Shown here: piece by piece, positions 1 to 6,776 of the stretch
How the letters are laid out: the number at the start of each line of letters is the position of its first letter
How positions within the stretch are numbered: position 1 is the stretch's first letter
Origin: a virus
Taxonomy: Duplodnaviria; Caudoviricetes
Reading direction: 5' to 3' (one strand)
IMG/VR virus record: IMGVR_UViG_3300009602_000036
Coordinates: 1 to 36,291 of that record
DNA length: 36,291 nucleotides
Translations under genes and position numbers: made by a program
The notes under the pieces: generated by a model
The model's database searches: none
Seen by the model: only the letters and a program-made list of their open reading frames with translations
Told to the model about the DNA's origin: nothing

Positions 1-188
1 ACCCTGCCTCCCTCGCTCAGGCCACCCCCACACGAGGGGTCTCCTCCAGAAAATAAAAAAAAATTCACAGCACCAGGCGGCCTTACTGAATGCCCGCTGA
101 ATGGGAATGCCTACTTTTGACGTGGGTCGGGTGGGTCTTAAAGGGCGTCACCATAGGTGACACGGTTTCTGTTGGGACTCCGTGTCGC

Positions 189-216
189 TTGATGTGGGTT
201 AGCAACGCACTATGAT
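189..216 (+). promoter_or_regulatory. sigma70-like promoter for the HTH gene
   Basis: TTGATG(189-194)-N16-TATGAT(211-216); RBS AAGGAG at 258-263 before ATG 270. Confidence 0.55.
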
Positions 217-269
217 AAATTACACTCCTCGGGGGCGGACCATGATCTACGAACGGCAAGGAGCCCGTT

Positions 270-491
270 ATGAGAACACGATCAAAAGTACTCACTGTCA
301 GAGAGGCCGCGGAACTGTTGCGATTCAGCGAGTACCAGATTCGTTGCTTATTGCGGTCCGGCAAGCTACCGGGTTTCCGATTCGGGCGGCGATGGCGCAT
401 CGACGGCGACCGCGTCTACCAGATGATAAGCGGATCGGATCAACCGACCCGGGACCCTGAGCAACGTGGCCTTGGTCCTGAATCAAACTGA
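270..491 (+). CDS. Helix-turn-helix DNA-binding protein, excisionase/HTH_17-like
   Basis: LTVREAAELLRFSEYQIRCLLRSGKLPGFRFGRRWRI fits the excisionase-type wHTH pattern (LT..EAA..L.......L...G.LP....G..WRI); good RBS. Confidence 0.9.
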   Translation: MRTRSKVLTVREAAELLRFSEYQIRCLLRSGKLPGFRFGRRWRIDGDRVYQMISGSDQPTRDPEQRGLGPESN

Positions 492-899
492 GATCGCAAA
501 TCGCTGGGGACTACCCGAGATGTTCTGGATGAGGTGTGTGCGCAGAACCCCCTTACGGGGGGGTCGTTCTCTTTCCGCTTTATCATGCCAGCCTTCGGTC
601 TTGGACCGCTGACTGCCCGGCGCCGTTTTACGTTGTCCTTGAACATTCCCGCTGTTTAGCGGGGATTACCGTTATCGCGCTCGGGCGGCGGTTGGAGTCC
701 GCTTCGGCTTAGAGTTTTGATAACCCAGGTTACTCGCGACAGCTGCTGCTCGGATGCGCGGCAATCGCCCCCGGCCGAGGGGGTGCTCCAAGTTGTGGGG
801 TCCTGGGGATGCGCAAAAAACCACCCGCCCGGTTCCTGCCAGGGCGATTAGGCGGGTGGTTTTGTTCTGAGACGAGTTTTGGTTCCTGGCAGAAACCAT
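492..899 (-). ncRNA. Candidate structured non-coding RNA / long leader (unclassified)
   Basis: No convincing ORF over ~400 nt in a dense genome; lies downstream of a near-consensus minus-strand promoter (906-935); many hairpins, e.g. CCCCC-C-GUAA-G-GGGG (about 546-564), CCCGCU-AAAC-AGCGGG (648-663), CCCC-..-GGGG (768-783). Confidence 0.4.
815..863 (-). terminator. Intrinsic terminator/attenuator-like hairpin with large loop
   Basis: 13-bp perfect inverted repeat AAAACCACCCGCC (817-829) / GGCGGGTGGTTTT (851-863), ending in U6 on the minus strand. Confidence 0.6.
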
Positions 900-905
900 G
901 TCCAC

Positions 906-935
906 ATTATGGGCCGATCTTCCACGGCTTGTCAA
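906..935 (-). promoter_or_regulatory. Strong sigma70-like promoter (leftward)
   Basis: Minus strand TTGACA(935-930)-N18-CATAAT(911-906). Confidence 0.7.
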
Positions 936-1024
936 GCCCTTGCCCAAAGATTTTCCACGTGCTCGACGGTTGAGGATCGGAAGGTGCCGGGTCTGTTCTC
1001 TCGTCGGATGCGATTTTCGCTCAT
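932..1024 (-). CDS. Possible 30-aa peptide (MSENRIRRENRPGTFRSSTVEHVENLWARA)
   Basis: ATG overlaps the TGA of the upstream ORF (ATGA at 1024-1021); too short to verify. Confidence 0.3.
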   Translation of the reverse strand: MSENRIRRENRPGTFRSSTVEHVENLWARA

Positions 1025-1209
1025 TTCGGCGGTTCGGGTGCCTCTTTCGATGGTGCGATCTCCTTCATTCGCTGATCGTGGATCGCGACCACTAGGACCT
1101 CGAATGCTCGACGCACGGGGGCGATGGACTCGAGGACGCCGGTACCTTGAGCGGCGTTATTGAAGTCTATTGCGGCTTGCAGCAGGGGCGAGTAGGTGTG
1201 ATCGGCCAT
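1021..1209 (-). CDS. Hypothetical protein (62 aa)
   Basis: Protein-like composition; lies in the leftward operon. Confidence 0.6.
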   Translation of the reverse strand: MADHTYSPLLQAAIDFNNAAQGTGVLESIAPVRRAFEVLVVAIHDQRMKEIAPSKEAPEPPK

Positions 1210-1237
1210 TTTGGGGATATCCAGGTGGGGGGTAGGG

Positions 1238-1465
1238 TTATTCGGCCTCTTCGGCGTCGCTCATGTCGATCATGCGATCTTCGAGTGTTCTCACCGCCAA
1301 GTTCGCCAGGCCGTATGCGTGTGTTATGAATCCGCCGTACTGCACGAGCGATTGTCCGTGCCGGCCGTCCTTCGTCGGGCGGACCAGGACGATAACCGAA
1401 CAGTCGTGCCGCACCCGCAGCTCGTCGATCAGCTCCTGCGTCGTAGCGGTGTCGAGGTCCGTCAT
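1238..1465 (-). CDS. Hypothetical protein (75 aa)
   Basis: MTDLDTATTQELIDELRVRHD start typical of small phage proteins; GGAG RBS upstream. Confidence 0.75.
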   Translation of the reverse strand: MTDLDTATTQELIDELRVRHDCSVIVLVRPTKDGRHGQSLVQYGGFITHAYGLANLAVRTLEDRMIDMSDAEEAE

Positions 1466-1488
1466 GCGTCAGCACTCCGCTTGCTTCA

Positions 1489-1662
1489 TTACTTCACGAA
1501 GATGCCAGGCTTGCCCAGTGCACGACGGCGAGCCCCCAACACGAGCCCCAAGACGGACAGGCCGAAGACGAGGAACCCGACGGGTGCGGAGGACCAGCTG
1601 CCGATAGCGAGGCAGATTGAGCCGATTCCCAGGACTTTGAGGATTTCGACAAAAATTGTCAT
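1489..1662 (-). CDS. Small membrane protein (2 predicted TM helices, 57 aa)
   Basis: Start reassigned to ATG 1662 behind GAAAGGAG; two hydrophobic segments and a basic C-terminus. Confidence 0.75.
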   Translation of the reverse strand: MTIFVEILKVLGIGSICLAIGSWSSAPVGFLVFGLSVLGLVLGARRRALGKPGIFVK

Positions 1663-1790
1663 TGAAGATACTCCTTTCGTGTGTGATAGTACCGTGCTGG
1701 AGGCGTGGAACATCATGTCCTGATCTCAATCGAGATGAGTCATGCCGGTTATTTTATCCCTGGAATGCCATCTGCTCGTTACTCATTTTC

Positions 1791-2642
1791 CTATTCCTCT
1801 AAAAATGTCGGGAACGGCTCCTCTCGCGGGCCGGCCGAAATCCATCGCAGCGACTGTTTCCTGGGGCATTCCTGCTCGAGGACATAGAAGTTCCAGGCTT
1901 TAATGCAGCAGGCGAGGAACCCGAAGCTGTCCATGCAGATGCCGCTACGCCCTTTTCGCTTTCGCCGCTCGTCGATTGCTATCTCGCGCAGGACGTAACG
2001 GGGGTCTCGCTTCTTCATGTCGGAACCTTCCCCGATGCCGCGGATGAACTCGTCGACGAAATCCTGATCGAGCTCTTCCTTGCACTTGAATGGACCCATG
2101 TGATGGCAGAACGCGATCGCACAGACCGAGCAGATTTTGGAGACTCCGTGGGACTTCGTCGCTGAATACCTCAGTCCGCCGTGCTTTTTCAGCATGCCCA
2201 AGTATTCCTCGTTGCTTCCGGATCGTTTGCCGCGGTGCGACCGCATGTAGCCGCCCTGGTAGTCGAACACCATCCTCAAGCACGCGGAGAGAATGTGGGC
2301 GTTCTTCTCCCCCCTGTAGTTCAACAGCTGCTGGAGCGTCCGGGGCTGATGAGTGTCGATCTCCTCGATGTAACGGATGCCGTAAACGAATATGACCGGG
2401 ATGGACTGCTTGGCGATGATGACGGCGTGGCATCGGTGCTGCCCGTTAATCATCACCCCCTCCGGGTCGATCCCTATCGTGTTGCCGTTGTCCCGCCATC
2501 GCCCGGACTTGATGGCGGCGACGTACTGCGCGATCCGGTTCTTGGACAACGGCCTGTAATTGGGTTTTCTCCCCAGCGACGCAAGAAGCTCCGTCGCAGT
2601 CTTGACCGTCAACATTGAGACTTCGGCTCTGATCCGTGGCAT
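1791..2642 (-). CDS. ParB-like / DGQHR-type N-terminal domain protein
   Basis: NYRPLS..RI.QY...I.SGRW..NG.TI.I...G.MINGQHR..AVI matches the phage ParB-like pattern; start moved to MPRIR behind GAAAGGA. Confidence 0.75.
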   Translation of the reverse strand: MPRIRAEVSMLTVKTATELLASLGRKPNYRPLSKNRIAQYVAAIKSGRWRDNGNTIGIDPEGVMINGQHRCHAVIIAKQSIPVIFVYGIRYIEEIDTHQPRTLQQLLNYRGEKNAHILSACLRMVFDYQGGYMRSHRGKRSGSNEEYLGMLKKHGGLRYSATKSHGVSKICSVCAIAFCHHMGPFKCKEELDQDFVDEFIRGIGEGSDMKKRDPRYVLREIAIDERRKRKGRSGICMDSFGFLACCIKAWNFYVLEQECPRKQSLRWISAGPREEPFPTFLEE

Positions 2643-2721
2643 TCCGTTTCCTTTCATATGAGGGTGAACATTCTTCACCCGAACTCTTCGGGTGCGATTA
2701 TCTTCACGAAGCCGTACCTTT

Positions 2722-3018
2722 TTATTTATTCGCCTCCCACATCGTGCATCCGAACACCTTCGGCTGGCGTATCGCCAGGTAGCCGTGCCCCGCCGCGGAC
2801 ATGCCGGCCGCGTACGTGCCCTTGCGGTTCGGCTCGTGCCCGACCGAGTGCATCAGGGCGCACGTGAACTCCTCGTCGTTGGAGACGTCCTGGATCAGGT
2901 GCGCGCAGTACCGGCACTTGCGCTCGCGGATGCCGCGCTTGAGGTTTGCAAGAGCTTCCTCGGTCGTCAGGCCGGGAATCTTGTCAGCAGACGTCACCAT
3001 GTGGACCCAGTCGGGCAT
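2722..3018 (-). CDS. Cys-rich hypothetical protein (CRYC...C...C)
   Basis: GGAG RBS; CxxC plus two distal Cys. Confidence 0.7.
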   Translation of the reverse strand: MPDWVHMVTSADKIPGLTTEEALANLKRGIRERKCRYCAHLIQDVSNDEEFTCALMHSVGHEPNRKGTYAAGMSAAGHGYLAIRQPKVFGCTMWEANK

Positions 3019-3265
3019 GACATTGCTCCACTTGTTTGCGAATCAGTTTGAGGGTGCATGCGGGACAGACATCGGGCTTCTCGATCTCCTCGCGTCGAGT
3101 AATCTTCTTGGCAAGGTCGGGGAACTCCAGATATGCGTTTTGCAGCTGGTAGACGAACTGCACCTTCCTGCCATCGTTCAGCTGCGCGTCGACGTGGATC
3201 CAGGACGTGAATGGCCCCACCTTGCTGCCGCAGACGTCGCATCTGGTTATGTGGATCTTGCTCAT
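2984..3265 (-). CDS. Small Zn-finger-like protein (CDVC...PDVCPAC)
   Basis: Two CxxC pairs; ATG 3265 overlaps the upstream TGA. Confidence 0.7.
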   Translation of the reverse strand: MSKIHITRCDVCGSKVGPFTSWIHVDAQLNDGRKVQFVYQLQNAYLEFPDLAKKITRREEIEKPDVCPACTLKLIRKQVEQCHARLGPHGDVC

Positions 3266-3543
3266 CCCTGCGGTTTCCATTTGAGAACAAACTGGTCGAA
3301 GTGCTTGAGCATCAGTTTGACCATGCAGTTTCGACAGATGTCCGGGCTCGTCGGGATGCGCTTTATATTCTCTTTCGTCTCATTGATCGGCCTCATTAAC
3401 GTCACCGTTATCCCGATCTCGACTTACAGATCCTGATAAACGTCATAGATAACCATCGCCTCTGCCCAGGCCGAGGACTTCGGAGAAATGTCGCGGTCGC
3501 AAAAATCGCAGGTCATCTCCGTATGGGTGGTTACGGTTTTCAA
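3262..3543 (-). pseudogene. Zn-finger-like gene (CDFC...PDICRNC) interrupted by an in-frame TAA
   Basis: TTG 3543 reads MKTVTTHTEMTCDFCDRDISPKSSAWAEAMVIYDVYQDL*VEIGITVTLMRPINETKENIKRIPTSPDICRNCMVKLMLKHFDQFVLKWKPQG*; TAA at 3426-3424 is codon 40; the frame fills the gap between dnaB and the next gene. Confidence 0.75.
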
Positions 3544-3555
3544 AACGAGCTACTT

Positions 3556-4902
3556 TCAGTAAGGGTAATTGCGGTCTCCCGACAACGCGACGGAATTAAA
3601 CTTCGTGCCCCGGTCGTCGAACGTCGCCTTGACTATCCCTGGCATCCCGTTGCGGTGCTTGGCGACATTAAGCTCCGCTTCCCCGGTTTTGACGTGTTCC
3701 GGATCGCTGTGTTTCGCGACATCCTCGCGGTGTAAGAGGATGACGATGTCCGCGTCCTGCTCGATCGTCCCCGACTCGCGAAGGTCGCTGATCCGCGGCC
3801 GGTGATCGGTGCGAGATTCGGGTTGACGGTTGAGCTGGGCCAAGCACAATACCGGCACGTTCAATTCCTTCGCCATGTTCTTGATCCCCTTGGAACATGC
3901 GACGACCTGCTCGCGGATGCTTTCTCCAGGAGCTTCGAGCAGCGTCAGGTAATCGACACAGATCAGCTTCACCTTGTACATCTGGGCGAAGCGGCGAGCC
4001 TTGGCCCGCAGCTGCACCAGGCGAAGGTCGGTAGTGCAATCGAGGTAGAAGGGAAGCTCCGTCGCGCGTCCGCAGGCGGACGCGAGGTCGATGTACTCTT
4101 CGGCAACGAGATCGTTGCGGCGCATCTTCATCCCGTCGACACCCGAGAGCATGCTCAAGATGCGCATGCCGATCTCCATGCGGGCCATCTCCATCGAGAA
4201 CATCACGACCGGCAAGTTCTGCGACTCGGCGATGTGCAGGGAGATCTGGAGGCCCAAGGCGGTCTTGCCTACCGACGGCCTGGCCGCGATGACGATCATC
4301 TCGCCCGGACACATCCCGCCGATCTGTCGATCCAAATCGGGCAGGCCGGTCGGGAGCCCGACGGGCCCCTCACGCGCCTCCAGCTCGTCGTACGCCTCCT
4401 TCAGGGTCGCCCCCAAGCCGATCGCGGCTCGCGGTATCGTCGCGTCCGAGATCGCGAGGATGTCGCTCTCGACCGTGTCGAGGATCTCCGCGGTCGGCCG
4501 GCTGTCGGGCCGGGACAAGGTCTCCGTCGCCTCCACGACAACCTCCAGGGCCCGGCGACGCAAACCCTTGTCGGCAACGATCCGGGCGTAGGCCGGCGCG
4601 CCGAGGGCGTGCGGAACGGATTCGCCCAGCTCGATCAGCTTCGACACCCCTCCGACCTGCTCCAGCAACCCCTTCGCCCGCAGAGCGTCGGCCAGCGTGA
4701 CCGCGTCGATCGTCGCGCCGTTGTTGTTCCACAGCTCCTCGAGGACGGTGTACAGGACCCCGTGATTCGGTACGGAGAAATCGTCAGGGCCCGAGAGAAT
4801 CTGCACGGCCTCCCCGATCATCTGCTGGTCCATGATGAGCGAGCCCAGGAGGGCCATTTCGGCGGGGACGTCGGACGGCGGCCGGTCGAGCGACATGGGC
4901 AT
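3556..4902 (-). CDS. dnaB: Replicative DNA helicase DnaB
   Basis: N-terminal AEMALLGSL, Walker A AARPSVGKT, FSMEM, Walker B ICVDYL, LAQLNR, SDLRESGTIEQDAD, VAKHRNG. Confidence 0.97.
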   Translation of the reverse strand: MPMSLDRPPSDVPAEMALLGSLIMDQQMIGEAVQILSGPDDFSVPNHGVLYTVLEELWNNNGATIDAVTLADALRAKGLLEQVGGVSKLIELGESVPHALGAPAYARIVADKGLRRRALEVVVEATETLSRPDSRPTAEILDTVESDILAISDATIPRAAIGLGATLKEAYDELEAREGPVGLPTGLPDLDRQIGGMCPGEMIVIAARPSVGKTALGLQISLHIAESQNLPVVMFSMEMARMEIGMRILSMLSGVDGMKMRRNDLVAEEYIDLASACGRATELPFYLDCTTDLRLVQLRAKARRFAQMYKVKLICVDYLTLLEAPGESIREQVVACSKGIKNMAKELNVPVLCLAQLNRQPESRTDHRPRISDLRESGTIEQDADIVILLHREDVAKHSDPEHVKTGEAELNVAKHRNGMPGIVKATFDDRGTKFNSVALSGDRNYPY

Positions 4903-4907
4903 GGGGT

Positions 4908-5765
4908 TTATCCGAAGTTGGCGGTGTGGAAGTCGGACACGGGCAACAGAATCTCGTCGTTGTCGTCGTACAGACCACGCTTATTGTGTTTGACGTGCTG
5001 GGGCAGAGGCTTGGGGCCGGCCTGGAGGATGATCCCGTCGTTCACCAGGCGGCAGAGACCTCGGGGGGTGAGGGGGTATTTCGAGTGCTCCTCCATCCTG
5101 GCCTTGATGACGGCGCCTGCCCTGTCGACCTTCGGGTCCTCCCGGGCAGCATGGAAGATTCCCAGGAGGTTATGGATCGGACAGGATCTCAGAGCCTGGC
5201 GATGGGATTTCGGCACATCCATTCGATCGAACAAGCCTCCACCAGACCCCCCTTGTGGGGTAGGGGGGGTCTTCTTCTCTTCTCTCCTCTCCTCTCCTCT
5301 GTCGTCACGAGCGTCACATTTCGTCACGCTTTCGTCACGAGCGTCACATTTACCCTTTCGACGATCCCGAAAATCCCTCATTCGCTGCGCGCCGGACTTC
5401 GCGGTATTTTGCGGTAATTCATTCTCCTCCAACCAGTTAGGGAACCTCAACCCAGTACCATTTTCCGCCACCCACCCTACCTCGGACATAGCCTTGCCGA
5501 AGCCCGGAATCTCTGCAATATGGTCCAAAGTTGTGAGTTTTGCTGTCGAAAGGAGCGCGTCATCGCCATCTTCCTTGCCCCTCAAACGCACCGAAGACCA
5601 CACCCGGTGCAACCCCAAAACGATCCGTGACGTTAGTGACGTTTGCGTTACGTCACCGTGCGTCACTGATTCGTCACTCAGCGTAACACGCAGCTCCTCC
5701 CGCATCATCAGAAATTTTGGGTCCCGCTCCAGATCGACTCGAATCTTGATCCAATCGCCGGCCAT
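4908..5765 (-). CDS. Phage replication initiator / replisome organizer (lambda O-like position)
   Basis: MAGDWIKIRVDLERDPK N-terminus, FPNW.E.N and AQRMRDFR motifs, EERREEK-PPTP linker, internal direct repeats, directly upstream of dnaB. Confidence 0.85.
   Translation of the reverse strand: MAGDWIKIRVDLERDPKFLMMREELRVTLSDESVTHGDVTQTSLTSRIVLGLHRVWSSVRLRGKEDGDDALLSTAKLTTLDHIAEIPGFGKAMSEVGWVAENGTGLRFPNWLEENELPQNTAKSGAQRMRDFRDRRKGKCDARDESVTKCDARDDRGEERREEKKTPPTPQGGSGGGLFDRMDVPKSHRQALRSCPIHNLLGIFHAAREDPKVDRAGAVIKARMEEHSKYPLTPRGLCRLVNDGIILQAGPKPLPQHVKHNKRGLYDDNDEILLPVSDFHTANFG
5302..5351. repeat. Iteron-like direct repeats inside the initiator gene (cluster 1)
   Basis: TCGTCACGAGCGTCACATTT at 5302-5321 and 5332-5351; CGTCAC at 5303, 5312, 5322, 5333, 5342. 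Confidence 0.75.
5626..5687. repeat. Iteron-like repeats inside the initiator gene (cluster 2)
   Basis: GTGACG at 5627 and 5636 (inverted); CGTCAC at 5651, 5661, 5672; CGTTAC 5646 and CGTAAC 5682; about 10-bp phasing. Confidence 0.6.
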
Positions 5766-5790
5766 GTGGCGTCCTTGCCATACCCTGGGC

Positions 5791-5906
5791 AACAGGTCTC
5801 GGGGCCCTGGTCGGTCGGTGAGCACCACGCCGAAATCGGACGTGCCGACTCGGCCAGGGCCTCGAGCGCTGTTTATGTCATTGTGTTATCAACGTGGTGC
5901 ACACCG
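5791..5906 (-). promoter_or_regulatory. Structured 5' leader of the replication operon
   Basis: Long imperfect stem 5791-5818 / 5845-5873; 5893-5906 is a 13/14 inverted repeat of 5816-5829. Confidence 0.6.
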
Positions 5907-5908
5907 CC

Positions 5909-5936
5909 ATCATACCTCGGGCCCTGGGTCTGTCAA
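5909..5936 (-). promoter_or_regulatory. sigma70-like promoter for the initiator-dnaB operon
   Basis: Minus strand TTGACA(5936-5931)-N16-TATGAT(5914-5909). Confidence 0.7.
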
Positions 5937-5976
5937 CTTGCCCAGTACGTTGCTCATGTCGGTCCCCTTCTCTTTC

Positions 5977-6014
5977 CCGACACGTTTTGTCGGAAATCCG
6001 ACACGTTTTTGTCG
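5977..6014. promoter_or_regulatory. Tandem palindromic operator-like sites
   Basis: CCGACA-CGTTT-TGTCGG (5977-5993) and CCGACA-CGTTTT-TGTCG (5998-6014), 21 bp apart, upstream of the -35 box. Confidence 0.5.
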
Positions 6015-6098
6015 TTCCTGACGAAGTTTATGCGCGATCGTGTCCGATCCGGGTGTTAGCGGCGTTGCTGAAGATAGGGATATGTTGCGACCTGCCTT

Positions 6099-6371
6099 TC
6101 ATTCCCCCTGTTCCACTTCGTGCCGATACTGCGATCGCCTCTCTTCGAGATTTTTCGCGTTCTCTAGTGTCGGCCAGAACAGCCTCTGACACTCGTTACT
6201 CAAGCACAGCCGGCAGATGTCCGGCCGACCTTTTTCTGGGGCGGCCCACCGGACGTCGATGATAACCTCCCACTCCGCTTCGGCGATCATCGCTTTGGCG
6301 CTGAATATCAACTTGGAATCGTTTTTGCCCGTCGGTTCCCCGCAGCGGTCGCAGAATCGGCTCGTGCTCAT
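6099..6371 (-). CDS. Small Zn-finger-like protein (CDRC...PDICRLC)
   Basis: Strong RBS AAAGGAGG; two CxxC pairs. Confidence 0.8.
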   Translation of the reverse strand: MSTSRFCDRCGEPTGKNDSKLIFSAKAMIAEAEWEVIIDVRWAAPEKGRPDICRLCLSNECQRLFWPTLENAKNLEERRSQYRHEVEQGE

Positions 6372-6404
6372 AAGGAGCCTCCTTTATTTTTCACTTGCGG
6401 CCTT

Positions 6405-6428
6405 AGTTGCGACTTTAACGTCGCAACT
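6405..6428. promoter_or_regulatory. Perfect 9-bp inverted repeat (operator or leader hairpin)
   Basis: AGTTGCGAC-TTTAAC-GTCGCAACT in an intergenic gap. Confidence 0.4.
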
Positions 6429-6476
6429 GGGGTTTTCTATCAGGGGGAGGGTAGCGGTTCTACGGGCGGGGGCAAA

Positions 6477-6674
6477 TCAGCCCTTGGGCAGCCGCTTGAA
6501 CAACCAGGATCCGAGCTCATTCTGGAGCTTTTGAGCGCACTCGCCGCAGATGATCGGCCGATAGGCATAGAGCTGGTGCTGGTTGTAGCCCCGGTTTTGG
6601 ACGGATTCGAGGCGCCACAGGCCCACGAGGTGGGTGGTGCACTTCTTCTGGGCCAGACAGATCTGACACTTCAT
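6477..6674 (-). CDS. Small Zn-finger-like protein (CQIC...PIICGEC)
   Basis: Likely start MKCQIC at 6674; two CxxC pairs. Confidence 0.65.
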   Translation of the reverse strand: MKCQICLAQKKCTTHLVGLWRLESVQNRGYNQHQLYAYRPIICGECAQKLQNELGSWLFKRLPKG

Positions 6675-6776
6675 AAATGCGCCGCCCGGCGTCAACCGGG
6701 CGGCACAATCAAGGAGACGTGTCGGTCCCAACAAGGGAACGACACGGATAGTGGTCCTGCTTGACCGGGTAGGGGA

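Noticed and set aside
25-66. CCCC..GAGGGGTC followed by an A-tract as a possible pac/cos or genome-end signal
   Set aside because: Only a vague resemblance; upstream context is missing and read-terminus data are needed.
492-899. tRNA, tmRNA, RNase P or self-splicing intron identity for the non-coding region
   Set aside because: No cloverleaf/TTCGA arm, no GAGGAAAGTCC, no tag-peptide frame and no interrupted host gene recognised.
3424-3426. Genome-wide stop-codon reassignment
   Set aside because: TAA, TAG and TGA all terminate well-defined genes with tight downstream coupling; only one in-frame stop was found.
3802-6021. 739-aa plus-strand ORF
   Set aside because: Antisense shadow of dnaB and the initiator in GC-rich DNA; no motifs or RBS.
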